From the NCBI GenBank assembly GCA_025963385.1, contig JAOPUT010000283.1, positions 5,865-69,864 of the forward strand: DNA of 64,000 nucleotides, given 5' to 3'. The notes beneath the pieces are model-generated. The model had not been told where the DNA came from. It did not search any database and was given only the letters and a program-made list of their open reading frames with translations. The position numbers and the translations under genes were made by a program. Positions 37,001 through 46,472 of this stretch are shown one piece after another (the first letter of the stretch is position 1; every line of letters starts with the position of its first letter). Source of the DNA: Mycobacterium sp. Lineage in GTDB: Bacteria > Actinomycetota > Actinomycetes > Mycobacteriales > Mycobacteriaceae.

Positions 37001-38208
37001 GCGGCGGTCCGCTCGAGGGCATTCGCGTCCTCGAGGTCGCGATGTACGGTTTCGTGCCGTCGGCGGGCGCCGTGCTCGCCGAGTGGGGCGCCGACGTCAT
37101 CAAGGTCGAGCACGCGGTCACCGGCGATCCGCAGCGCGGTTTGCGCCAGACCGGCCCACTGCGGGTGGAGGGCGACCCGAACCCCAACATCGAGCACGCC
37201 AACCGCGGTAAGCGCAGCATCGGCCTCGACGTGTCGAAGCCCGAGGGACGTGAGGTCCTGCTCGAACTCGCCCGCCGGGCCGATGTCTTCCTGACGAGTT
37301 TCCTTCCAGGACACCGCAAGAAGTTCGGAATGGACGTCGAGGACATCCGTGCGGTCAACCCGAAGATCATCTACGCCAGGGGGAGTGCGCTCGGCCCGCG
37401 CGGTATCGAGGCGGAGAAGGGCGGTTACGACATGACCGCGTTCTGGTGCCGGGCAGGCACCGCCGCCTCCATCACCCCGCCTGGCACCGAGGGCATGGTC
37501 GGTCCTCCCGGCCCGGCCTACGGCGACACCATCTCGGGAACCAATCTGGCGGGCGGCATCGCCGCGGCACTGCTGAAGCGCGAGCGCACGGGCGAACCGT
37601 CGACCGTCGACGTCTCGTTGCTGGGCAGCGGCCTGTGGGCCATGGGGCACACCATCGCGTTGACGTCCCACCTCAACCAGTTGATGGTGGCACCGCCCCC
37701 CGGTGTCCACGGGTCACCGATCAACCCGCTCGTCGGCGTGTACGCGACGAAGGACAACCGCTACATCTCGCTGGTGATGATGCAGCCCACCAAGTTCTGG
37801 GCCGACGTCTGCCGCCACGTCGACCGTGAGGACCTCATCGACGACCCGCGTTTCGCCACGGTCGAATCGATCGCCGAGCACACCGCAGAGGCAGTGGAGA
37901 TCCTGCGCGAGGTCATCGCCACCCGGACCCTCCCTGAGTGGAGCGCACGGTTTGCCACCCTGGCGGGGCCCTGGGCTCCCGTACAGGACACGCTCCAGGC
38001 AGCCGAGGACGCCCAGGTGCGTGCCAACGACTACATCGTCCGCGCCGGCGAACTCGAGCTCGTCGCCAACCCGGTGCAGTTCGACGTCGCGGCTCCGCAC
38101 ACCGGGCCTGCGCCCGCCTTCGCCGAGCAGACCGACGAGGTCCTCGAAGAGCTTGGGCTGGACTGGGATCGCATCATCGAGCTGAAGACCGTAGGCGCGG
38201 TCACCTAG
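36997..38208 (+). CDS. CaiB/BaiF family III CoA transferase
   Basis: LAEWGADVIKVE, NRGKRSI and GGYD motifs. Confidence 0.9.
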   Translation: MSGGPLEGIRVLEVAMYGFVPSAGAVLAEWGADVIKVEHAVTGDPQRGLRQTGPLRVEGDPNPNIEHANRGKRSIGLDVSKPEGREVLLELARRADVFLTSFLPGHRKKFGMDVEDIRAVNPKIIYARGSALGPRGIEAEKGGYDMTAFWCRAGTAASITPPGTEGMVGPPGPAYGDTISGTNLAGGIAAALLKRERTGEPSTVDVSLLGSGLWAMGHTIALTSHLNQLMVAPPPGVHGSPINPLVGVYATKDNRYISLVMMQPTKFWADVCRHVDREDLIDDPRFATVESIAEHTAEAVEILREVIATRTLPEWSARFATLAGPWAPVQDTLQAAEDAQVRANDYIVRAGELELVANPVQFDVAAPHTGPAPAFAEQTDEVLEELGLDWDRIIELKTVGAVT

Positions 38209-38259
38209 ATGTGTGCGGCGACGTACGCGGCAATGCCAAGGCACGCCGACGTTTCAAGA

Positions 38260-38570
38260 TCGGTGAGACTGCACGCGGGTCGGGTTCCATTGCGCGTCAC
38301 CATGAGTCGACGATGACGTCGGTCTTGCGAGACGCGTCTGCGGCCGTCGGCGTCGCGTGGCCCGTGGATCTCGCAGCCAATTCAAACGCCGAACGTCACC
38401 CGCTGGGGGCCACCCGTGTGGCACAGTGCGTCGAGTTGTACCAACAACTCCGCGGTGGCGCCGTCGATCGGATCGGTGGGGCGCGGATTGCACTGGCGCA
38501 CAACATTGGCGGCCCGACAGCCCAACCGGCCGTGACGATCTTGGAAGGACCTTGGACCAATGGCGGTTAA
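38260..38570 (+). pseudogene. Degraded remnant of an SCP2-type thiolase
   Basis: Frame reads HPLGATRVAQCVELYQQLRG...ARIALAHNIGGPTAQPAVTILEG, the thiolase C-terminus; the N-terminal part is missing; 5' boundary approximate. Confidence 0.7.
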
Positions 38571-39369
38571 GGGACCCGAACGCTGGTCGCCGGGTATCTC
38601 GTTGCCCAGGGGATTCGCGGGGCCGATGCAGGCCGTCGGTGGGCTGTTCTCGATGGGGGTGGACGCGTTCCTGTTCATCTTCAAGAGGCCGTTTCAGTGG
38701 CGGGAGTTCTTGGAGCAGTCGTGGTTCGTGGCGCGGGTGTCGCTGGCGCCGACGCTGCTGGTCGCCATCCCCTTCACCGTGCTGGTGAGCTTCATCCTCA
38801 ACATCCTGCTGCGCGAGCTTGGTGCTGCGGACTTGTCGGGTGCGGGTGCGGCGTTCGGTGCGGTGACTCAGGTCGGTCCGTTGGTGACGGTGCTGATCGT
38901 GGCAGGGGCAGGCGCGACGGCGATGTGCGCGGATCTGGGGTCGCGCACCATCCGCGAGGAGATCGACGCCATGGAGGTGCTGGGCATCAACCCGGTGCAG
39001 CGTCTGGTGACGCCACGGATGCTGGCCTCGGGTCTGGTGGCGCTGCTGCTCAACAGTCTGGTGGTGATCATCGGAATCCTGGGTGGTTACTTCTTCTCGG
39101 TGTTCGTCCAGGACGTCAACCCCGGCGCGTTCGCCGCTGGGATCACGTTGTTGACCGGGGTGCCCGAGGTGATCATCTCGTGTGTAAAGGCGGCGTTGTT
39201 CGGGTTGTTCGCCGGGTTGATCGCCTGCTACCGCGGGTTGACGATCACCGGTGGTGGCGCCAAGGCCGTGGGGAATGCGGTCAACGAGACGGTGGTGTTC
39301 GCGTTCATGGCGTTGTTCGTCATCAACGTCGTCGTTACGGCCATCGGCATCCAGTTGACGGCGAAGTAG
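38560..39369 (+). CDS. yrbEA: Mce ABC permease YrbEA (MlaE family)
   Basis: PFQWREFLEQSWFVARVS and DLGSRTIREEIDAMEVLG motifs. Confidence 0.93.
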   Translation: MAVKGPERWSPGISLPRGFAGPMQAVGGLFSMGVDAFLFIFKRPFQWREFLEQSWFVARVSLAPTLLVAIPFTVLVSFILNILLRELGAADLSGAGAAFGAVTQVGPLVTVLIVAGAGATAMCADLGSRTIREEIDAMEVLGINPVQRLVTPRMLASGLVALLLNSLVVIIGILGGYFFSVFVQDVNPGAFAAGITLLTGVPEVIISCVKAALFGLFAGLIACYRGLTITGGGAKAVGNAVNETVVFAFMALFVINVVVTAIGIQLTAK

Positions 39370-39378
39370 GGGCGGCCC

Positions 39379-40236
39379 ATGGGCACCATGCAGGTTCTGC
39401 GGGGTACCTACCCGAGGGTCTTTCGCACGTTCAACCGTCCGGTCGGGGTGCTGGCGCGGATCGGCGATCAGACGCTGTTCTTCGGGCGCGCGATCGGTGG
39501 GACGCCGCACGCGGCCGCGCACTTCCGCAAGGAGATCGTGCGCCTGATCGCCGAGATCAGCATGGGCGCCGGTGTTCTGGCGATGATCGGTGGCACGCTG
39601 GTGATCGTCGGGTTCCTGACCCTGGCCACCGGTGGCACGTTGGCCGTGCAGGGTTACAGCTCGCTGGGCAACATCGGTATCGAGGCGCTGACCGGGTTCC
39701 TGGCCGCGTTCATCAACGTCCGCATCTCGGCGCCGGTGGTCGCCGGGATCGGGTTGGCTGCCACGTTCGGTGCCGGGGTGACAGCGCAGCTGGGGGCGAT
39801 GCGGATCAACGAGGAGATCGACGCGCTGGAGTCGATGGGCATCCGGCCGGTCGAGTACCTGGTGTCAACCCGCATCGTGGCCGGGATGATCGCGATCACC
39901 CCGCTGTACTCGATCGCGGTGATCCTGTCGTTCATCGCGTCGCGGTTCACCACGGTGGTGCTGTTCGGTCAGTCCGGCGGGCTCTATGACCATTACTTCG
40001 GGACGTTCTTGAACCCGATCGATCTGCTGTGGTCGTTCTTCCAGGCCATCTGCATGGCGTTGGCGATCCTGTTGGTGCACACCTATTACGGATACTTCGC
40101 CACCGGTGGGCCCTCGGGTGTCGGTGTCGCGGTGGGCAATGCGGTGCGGACGTCGCTGATCATCGTGGTGTCGGTGACCCTGCTCGTGTCCCTGGCCGTC
40201 TACGGCTCCAACGGCAACTTCAACCTTTCGGGCTAG
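39379..40236 (+). CDS. yrbEB: Mce ABC permease YrbEB (MlaE family)
   Basis: LGAMRINEEIDALE, GGPSGVGVAVG and C-terminal GNFNLSG. Confidence 0.93.
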   Translation: MGTMQVLRGTYPRVFRTFNRPVGVLARIGDQTLFFGRAIGGTPHAAAHFRKEIVRLIAEISMGAGVLAMIGGTLVIVGFLTLATGGTLAVQGYSSLGNIGIEALTGFLAAFINVRISAPVVAGIGLAATFGAGVTAQLGAMRINEEIDALESMGIRPVEYLVSTRIVAGMIAITPLYSIAVILSFIASRFTTVVLFGQSGGLYDHYFGTFLNPIDLLWSFFQAICMALAILLVHTYYGYFATGGPSGVGVAVGNAVRTSLIIVVSVTLLVSLAVYGSNGNFNLSG

Positions 40237-40248
40237 GGGAGGGCATCG

Positions 40249-41442
40249 ATGTCGTCATCAGTCGTCCGCCCGCTCGCGGGCCTGGCCACCGTCGCCGTCC
40301 TGGTGGCCGTCGTCGTCTTCTCCGTCGGCATGTTCCGCGGTGACTTCGGCCAGACCGTTCCGGTGACCGTGGTCTCCGAACGTGCCGGCCTCGTGATGAA
40401 TCCCGAGGCGAAGGTCAAGATGCGCGGCGTTCAGGTCGGCCAGGTCACCTCGATCGAGACCAGTCCCGACGGCAAGGCGATCCTGCACTTGGCGATGGAT
40501 CCCGCACAGCTCAAGGACATTCCCTCGAACGTCGCCGTGGACATCACGTCGTCCACGGTGTTCGGCGCCAAGTTCGTGGAGATGGCCGAGCCCCCCAACC
40601 CGTCGTCGACCCCGCTCGCCGTGGGAGCGCAGGTCACCGCCGACCACGTCACCGTCGAGACCAACACCGTCTTCCAACAGCTCACCTCGGTGCTCAAGTC
40701 CGTCGATCCGGTGAAGCTCAACCAGACCCTCGCCGCGATCTCGGGGGCGTTGAACGGCCGCGGCGAGAAACTGGGTCAGACGGTCACGGACTTCGACCAC
40801 TTCCTCAAGCAGGTCAATCCCGGTCTGGACGACATCAACCGCGATCTGGAGGTCGCGCCTGCGGCGCTCAACGCGTACGCCGACGCCGCACCGGATCTCG
40901 TCGACGTCATCGACAACACCACCAAGCTGAGCAACACCATCGTCGACCAGGAGAAGAACCTCGACGGCTTCCTGCTCAGCGCGATCGGCCTGGCGGACAC
41001 CGGCAACGACGTGATCGGCACCAACCGCCAGGCGCTCACCGACGACCTGCGAATGTTGGTGCCCACCACCACCGTTCTCGACCAGTACAGCGACAACCTC
41101 CGCTGCGGCGTGCAGGGCCTCAACACCTTCGTGCACACCCCACCTGCTGACCGCCCCGGCGTCGACGTCTCCGCCAGCTTCACGTTGGGCGTCGAGCGCT
41201 ACCACTACCCCGAGGATCTGCCCAAGGTCGCGGCCAAGAGTGGACCGTCCTGCAAGGACCAGATGCTGCCCACCGTGCCCAACGGCAAGCGCCCGCCGTT
41301 CCTCGTCACCGACGTCGGGGCCAACCCGTGGAAGTACGGAAACCAGGGCGTCCTGCTCAACTCGGACGCGCTCAAGCAGGCGCTGTTCGGGCCGATCCAG
41401 GGTCCGCCACGGAACAGCGCGCAGATCGGAATGCCCGGATGA
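40249..41442 (+). CDS. mceA: MCE-family protein MceA
   Basis: RAGLVMNPEAKVKMRGVQVG and TVFGAKFV. Confidence 0.9.
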   Translation: MSSSVVRPLAGLATVAVLVAVVVFSVGMFRGDFGQTVPVTVVSERAGLVMNPEAKVKMRGVQVGQVTSIETSPDGKAILHLAMDPAQLKDIPSNVAVDITSSTVFGAKFVEMAEPPNPSSTPLAVGAQVTADHVTVETNTVFQQLTSVLKSVDPVKLNQTLAAISGALNGRGEKLGQTVTDFDHFLKQVNPGLDDINRDLEVAPAALNAYADAAPDLVDVIDNTTKLSNTIVDQEKNLDGFLLSAIGLADTGNDVIGTNRQALTDDLRMLVPTTTVLDQYSDNLRCGVQGLNTFVHTPPADRPGVDVSASFTLGVERYHYPEDLPKVAAKSGPSCKDQMLPTVPNGKRPPFLVTDVGANPWKYGNQGVLLNSDALKQALFGPIQGPPRNSAQIGMPG

Positions 41443-42464
41443 CCGGCTCGCGGGGCATGCTCATCAAGTTCGGAATCTTCGCGTCGATCATGGCGCTGCT
41501 GACCGTGTTCCTGTTCTTCACCTTCGGGCAGTACCGCACCGGATCCACCAACGGCTACTCGGCGGTCTTCACCGACGCCTCGCGGCTCGAGACCGGCGAC
41601 ACCGTACGGGTCGCAGGCATCCGGGTCGGCACCGTGACCGACGTGTCACTGCAATCCGACCGCTCGGTGCTCGTCGACTTCGACGCCGACCGCGCGATCA
41701 AGCTCACCAGCGGCACCAAGGCCGCCATCCGCTACCTCAACCTCACTGGCGACCGCTTCCTCGATCTCGTCGACGGCCCCGGTTCGACTCGGCTGTTGCC
41801 GCCCGGCGCCCAGATTCCCATCGACCGCACCCAGCCCGCGCTGGACCTGGACCTGCTGCTGAGCGGGCTGAAACCCGTTGTCCAGGGCCTCAATCCGCAG
41901 GACGTGAACGCACTTTCGGCGTCCCTGGTCCAGGTGTTCCAGGGCCAGGGCGGCACCCTCGACTCCCTGCTGTCCAAGACGTCGTCCTTCACCAGCACGC
42001 TGGCCGACAACAACGCCACCACCGAGCAGCTGATCGACAACCTGAACACCGTGCTCGCGACCGTCTCCAAGGACGGTGACCAGTTCTCGGGGTCGATCGA
42101 CCGGCTCGAGAAGCTCATCAGTGGCCTGTCGCAGGACCGCGACCCGATCGGCGCGGCGATCACCTCGCTCGACAACGGCACCTCATCGCTGGCCGATCTG
42201 CTCACCCAGGCGCGGCCGCCGCTCAAGGCCACGGTGGATCAGCTGAACCGGCTGGCTCCCAACCTCGAAAGCGGCAAGGGCTATCTCGACGGCGCACTGC
42301 AGCGTGCGCCGGGCAACTACCGGAAACTCGCCAGAATCGGCGCCTACGGCTCCTTCGTGCAGTACTACATCTGCGAACTCTCCATCCGCGTCACGGACCT
42401 TCAGGGCAGGGCTTCGTTCTTCCCCTTCGTGAAGCAAGAAAATGGAAGGTGCGCTGAGCCGTAA
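41439..42464 (+). CDS. mceB: MCE-family protein MceB
   Basis: FTDASRLETGDTVRVAGIRVG and IRYLNLTGDRFL; ATGA overlap. Confidence 0.9.
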   Translation: MTGSRGMLIKFGIFASIMALLTVFLFFTFGQYRTGSTNGYSAVFTDASRLETGDTVRVAGIRVGTVTDVSLQSDRSVLVDFDADRAIKLTSGTKAAIRYLNLTGDRFLDLVDGPGSTRLLPPGAQIPIDRTQPALDLDLLLSGLKPVVQGLNPQDVNALSASLVQVFQGQGGTLDSLLSKTSSFTSTLADNNATTEQLIDNLNTVLATVSKDGDQFSGSIDRLEKLISGLSQDRDPIGAAITSLDNGTSSLADLLTQARPPLKATVDQLNRLAPNLESGKGYLDGALQRAPGNYRKLARIGAYGSFVQYYICELSIRVTDLQGRASFFPFVKQENGRCAEP

Positions 42465-43549
42465 TGATCAAATACCGTGGCGCAAGCCTGATCCGAGCGG
42501 GCCTCATGGGCGTCGTGCTCGCCATCCTCGTCATCGCCGTCGGGCTCCAGCCGGAACGGCTGCTGGCCTACGCGACGTCGCTGCAGTACCAGGCCCGGTT
42601 CGACGAGGCGGGTGGCATCTACGTCGGCAACGACGTCACCCTGTCGGGCATCAAAGTCGGTACGGTGACCGATGTTTCGCTGGACAACGGCGATGCCCTC
42701 GTCCGGTTCACCGTCGCGGCCAAGTATCCGCTCGGATCGGATACGTCGGCACACATCCGCACCGGGTCGCTGCTCGGCCAGCGGGTGCTGACGCTGGAAT
42801 CGGCGGGCAGCGGAACGTTGAACCGCAATGACCCGATCCCGGTGTCGAGGACGTCGTCGCCCTACTCGCTGAGCGACGCGGTGGGCGAGCTGACGAGCAA
42901 CACCGCAGGCACCGACACCCAGCAGCTCAACCAGTCGCTGGACACGCTGTCGACCACGCTCGACCAGATCGCGCCGCAGCTCGGCCCCACGTTCGACGGC
43001 CTCACGCGGCTGTCCCGGTCGCTCAACAGCCGCAACGAGACCCTTGCCGAACTCCTCAAGTCCGCCTCGGACGTCACGGGAATCCTCTCGGAACGGAGCG
43101 GACAGGTGAACAGCCTGATCCTCAATGCCAACGATCTGCTGGGCGTCCTCGTCGACCGCCGCCAGGCGATCGTCGACCTGCTCGCCAACACCTCGGCCGT
43201 GTCCAAGCAGTTGGTCGGGCTGGTGGCCGACAATGAAAAGGTATTGGCACCAACGTTGGAACGGCTCAACAAGGTGAACGAGGTGCTGGTGCGCAACCGC
43301 GACAACCTCGCCAAGGCCATCCCCGGCGCTGCCAAGTACCAGACCACGCTGAGCGAAGCGGTCTCCAGTGGCGCGTACTACACCGCCTACGTGCCGAACT
43401 TCCAGCCTGCGCAGTTGTTGCAGCCCTTCCTGGACTACGCATTCGGCTTCCGGCGCGGTGCGTTCGGAGCAGGAGCACCGCCCGAGCAGACCGGTCCGCG
43501 TGCGGAACTCCCGTTGCCGTACAACGCCGTTCCCGGAGGCTCGCGATGA
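42464..43549 (+). CDS. mceC: MCE-family protein MceC
   Basis: FDEAGGIYVGNDVTLSGIKVG and SLLGQRVL. Confidence 0.9.
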   Translation: MIKYRGASLIRAGLMGVVLAILVIAVGLQPERLLAYATSLQYQARFDEAGGIYVGNDVTLSGIKVGTVTDVSLDNGDALVRFTVAAKYPLGSDTSAHIRTGSLLGQRVLTLESAGSGTLNRNDPIPVSRTSSPYSLSDAVGELTSNTAGTDTQQLNQSLDTLSTTLDQIAPQLGPTFDGLTRLSRSLNSRNETLAELLKSASDVTGILSERSGQVNSLILNANDLLGVLVDRRQAIVDLLANTSAVSKQLVGLVADNEKVLAPTLERLNKVNEVLVRNRDNLAKAIPGAAKYQTTLSEAVSSGAYYTAYVPNFQPAQLLQPFLDYAFGFRRGAFGAGAPPEQTGPRAELPLPYNAVPGGSR

Positions 43550-45069
43550 TGGCCCGGTCGCGAAGCTGGCTCGTCCCCGCCGTGGTGGCGGCGCTGGTGA
43601 TCGCACTCGTCGGCGGCGGCTTCCTCGCGGTGCGGGCCGCGTTCTTCGCGCCGACGGAGATCACCGCCTTCTTCCCCACGGCGACGGCGATCTACCCGGG
43701 TGACGACGTCAAGGTATCGGGTGTCAAGGTCGGCACGATCGATTCCATCGAGCCGCAGGGCACTCAGACGAAGCTGACGCTGAAGGTCGACCACGGCGTT
43801 GCCGTACCCACCGATGCCAAGGCGGTGATCGTCGCCCAGAACCTGGTCGCCGCCCGCTACGTTCAGCTGACGCCTGCGTACCGCGCCACGGCCGGGGGCG
43901 CGAAGATGGCCGACGGTGCCGTGATCCCGATGGACAGGACGGCCGTTCCCGTCGAGTGGGACGAGGTGAAACGCCAACTCCAGCGCCTGGCAACCGATCT
44001 CGGCCCCACCAGTGACATGTCGACCACGTCGGTGGGACGGTTCATCGACAGCGCGGCCAACGCACTGGACGGCAACGGTGACAAACTGCGCCAGACGCTG
44101 ACCGAACTCTCCGGGGTCGGTCGGATCCTGGCCGAGGGCAGCGGCAACTTCGTCGACATCATCAAGAACCTTCAGGTGTTCGTCACGGCGCTGCGGGACA
44201 GCAACGAGCAGATCGTTTCGTTCAACGACCGGTTGGCGACCCTGTCCAGCGTCCTGGACGGAAGCAAATCCGATCTCGACGGTGCGCTGACCAACCTCTC
44301 GGTCGCCACCGACGAGGTGAAGAGATTCGTCGCGGGCACCAGGAACCAGACGGCCGAGCAGCTCCAGGGACTGGCCCAGGTGAGCCAGACCCTGGTCGAC
44401 GTAAAGGACGACTTCGAGCAGGTGCTGCACGTCACGCCCAACGCATTCGCCAACGCGTACAACATCTACGACCCCGACCTCGGGGCCGTCCGCGGCGGCT
44501 TCTCGATCCCGAACCTGGCCAGCCCGATGCAGTTCGTGTGCGGCATGATCGGCGCGACGCAGAACACCACCGCGCCCGAGACCGCGAAGCTGTGCAACCA
44601 GTACCTGGGCCCGGCGCTGAGGCTGCTCAACCTGAATTACATTCCGGTGCCGATCAATCCGTACCTGGCGAAGTCGGCAACCCCGGAGAACATCATCTAC
44701 GCCGACCCCAAGTTGGCCCCCGGCGGCGAGGGCGGTGCGCCGATGCCACCCGAGATTCCGCCCGCGGTATCCGCTTACACCGGGCTGGACGGCGACGTGC
44801 CGCCGCCTCCCGGCATGGGACCGCCAGGGGTGCCGCTGCCCGTGAACGACCGCACTCCGTTGGCGCCGTTCCCCGCGTTGTATCCCGGAGCCCCCGTGCC
44901 GACGGATCCGCCGCGGATCGGGCCGCCGCTGCCCGGACCGGCGCCTGCGGCACCCGTCGACCAGGGCGCGCCGAGCCTGCCGGGAATGCTGCTTCCCGCG
45001 GAGGCGCCTGCGCCCGCACCGGGACCGGATCCCGGACCGCCACCCGTCGAGGGGACACCGCCGTCATGA
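43546..45069 (+). CDS. mceD: MCE-family protein MceD (Pro-rich tail)
   Basis: IYPGDDVKVSGVKVG, NLVAARYVQL and PVEWDE. Confidence 0.9.
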   Translation: MMARSRSWLVPAVVAALVIALVGGGFLAVRAAFFAPTEITAFFPTATAIYPGDDVKVSGVKVGTIDSIEPQGTQTKLTLKVDHGVAVPTDAKAVIVAQNLVAARYVQLTPAYRATAGGAKMADGAVIPMDRTAVPVEWDEVKRQLQRLATDLGPTSDMSTTSVGRFIDSAANALDGNGDKLRQTLTELSGVGRILAEGSGNFVDIIKNLQVFVTALRDSNEQIVSFNDRLATLSSVLDGSKSDLDGALTNLSVATDEVKRFVAGTRNQTAEQLQGLAQVSQTLVDVKDDFEQVLHVTPNAFANAYNIYDPDLGAVRGGFSIPNLASPMQFVCGMIGATQNTTAPETAKLCNQYLGPALRLLNLNYIPVPINPYLAKSATPENIIYADPKLAPGGEGGAPMPPEIPPAVSAYTGLDGDVPPPPGMGPPGVPLPVNDRTPLAPFPALYPGAPVPTDPPRIGPPLPGPAPAAPVDQGAPSLPGMLLPAEAPAPAPGPDPGPPPVEGTPPS

Positions 45070-46472
45070 TGAGTGGAGCTTCGATGCGGCGTCTCTTCGC
45101 CGCCGCGACCTGCGTGGCACTCACGGCCACCGGCTGTGCGTTCCAGGGCATCAACTCGCTCCCACTGCCCGGTGCCGTGGGACGCGGTTCCGATGCCGTG
45201 ACGTACCACGTCCAGATCGCCAACATCGCCACGCTGGAGTCGAATTCGCCGGTGCTGATGAACGACGTCGTCGTCGGAAGCGTCGGAAGGATGGACGTCC
45301 AGGACTGGCACGCGAACGTCGAGATCTCCGTGCAGCCGGGCGTCGTCATCCCGGCCAACGCGGTCGCCAGCGTCGGGCAGACCAGCCTGCTGGGTTCGAT
45401 GCACCTCGCCCTGAATCCGCCGGTGGGTCAGCCGCCCGAGGGCAGGCTCGCGCCGGGTGCCACGATCGGACTGAACGACTCGTCGACCTATCCGACGACC
45501 GAGCAGACCCTCTCGTCGCTGTCGGTCGTCGTGAACGCGGGTGGACTCGGTCAGCTCGGCGATGTGGTGCACACGTTCAACGCGGCGCTGTCCGGGCGCC
45601 AGGACGACTTCCGCGATCTGCTGACCCAGCTCGACACCTTCGTCGGGACGCTCGATCAGCAGCGCCAGAGCCTCGTCGCCACCATCGAGGCACTGAACCG
45701 GGTGGCATCCACGATCGCCGGGCGGCGCGATGTCATCAACGAAGCGCTGCAACGGATTCCGCGTGCACTCGAGGTGCTCGACCGGGAACGGCCGCAACTC
45801 ACCACCGCACTCACCAAACTCGGTCGGTTCAGCGACACCGCCAACCGGCTCGTCAACGACACCCAGGCCGACCTGGTGAAGAACCTGCAGAACCTGGCCC
45901 CGACGATTCAGGCACTCGCCGACGTCGGACCCGACCTCGATGCGAGCCTGGCCTACGCGACGGTGTTCCCGTACGGCCAGAACCTCATCGACCGTGCGGT
46001 GCGCGGCGACTTCATCAACCTCTTCGCCACGGTGGACATCTCCGGTCCTCGCCTGCGGAAGTCGATCTTCCTCGGTTCGCGTGCCGGCCAGGAGGGTCGC
46101 GATCTGGTGCCGCTGCCTGGTGAGCCCTACTTCCAGCGCTACACCTACGACCCGCTGGGCCGTCCGCTCGAGCCGCCGCCACCGGGTGGCCCGCTGTCGG
46201 CGCTGCCAGGCAACCCGCCGACGGCCGGCCTTCAGGCCGACCCCCCGGGAGCGGCGAAGAGCCTTCCGGGCCCGGGATCGCTTCCCGCGCAGGCGCCTCC
46301 GCCGATGCCGCCGGTGACCGGTCCGGTCCTGCCGATGGTCCCGCAGTCGGCAGATGGCGACGCCGCGAGTGACGGCCCGCCGCCCTCGCGCGGTGGCCCG
46401 ATCTTCGCCGGACCGTATGCACCGGGAAGCGGAGAGCTCACCGACCTGGCACCCCCGGCAGGAGGCGGCTAA
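45066..46472 (+). CDS. mceE: MCE-family lipoprotein MceE
   Basis: Lipobox ATGC; GINSLPLPG and QTSLLGSMH. Confidence 0.9.
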   Translation: MMSGASMRRLFAAATCVALTATGCAFQGINSLPLPGAVGRGSDAVTYHVQIANIATLESNSPVLMNDVVVGSVGRMDVQDWHANVEISVQPGVVIPANAVASVGQTSLLGSMHLALNPPVGQPPEGRLAPGATIGLNDSSTYPTTEQTLSSLSVVVNAGGLGQLGDVVHTFNAALSGRQDDFRDLLTQLDTFVGTLDQQRQSLVATIEALNRVASTIAGRRDVINEALQRIPRALEVLDRERPQLTTALTKLGRFSDTANRLVNDTQADLVKNLQNLAPTIQALADVGPDLDASLAYATVFPYGQNLIDRAVRGDFINLFATVDISGPRLRKSIFLGSRAGQEGRDLVPLPGEPYFQRYTYDPLGRPLEPPPPGGPLSALPGNPPTAGLQADPPGAAKSLPGPGSLPAQAPPPMPPVTGPVLPMVPQSADGDAASDGPPPSRGGPIFAGPYAPGSGELTDLAPPAGGG

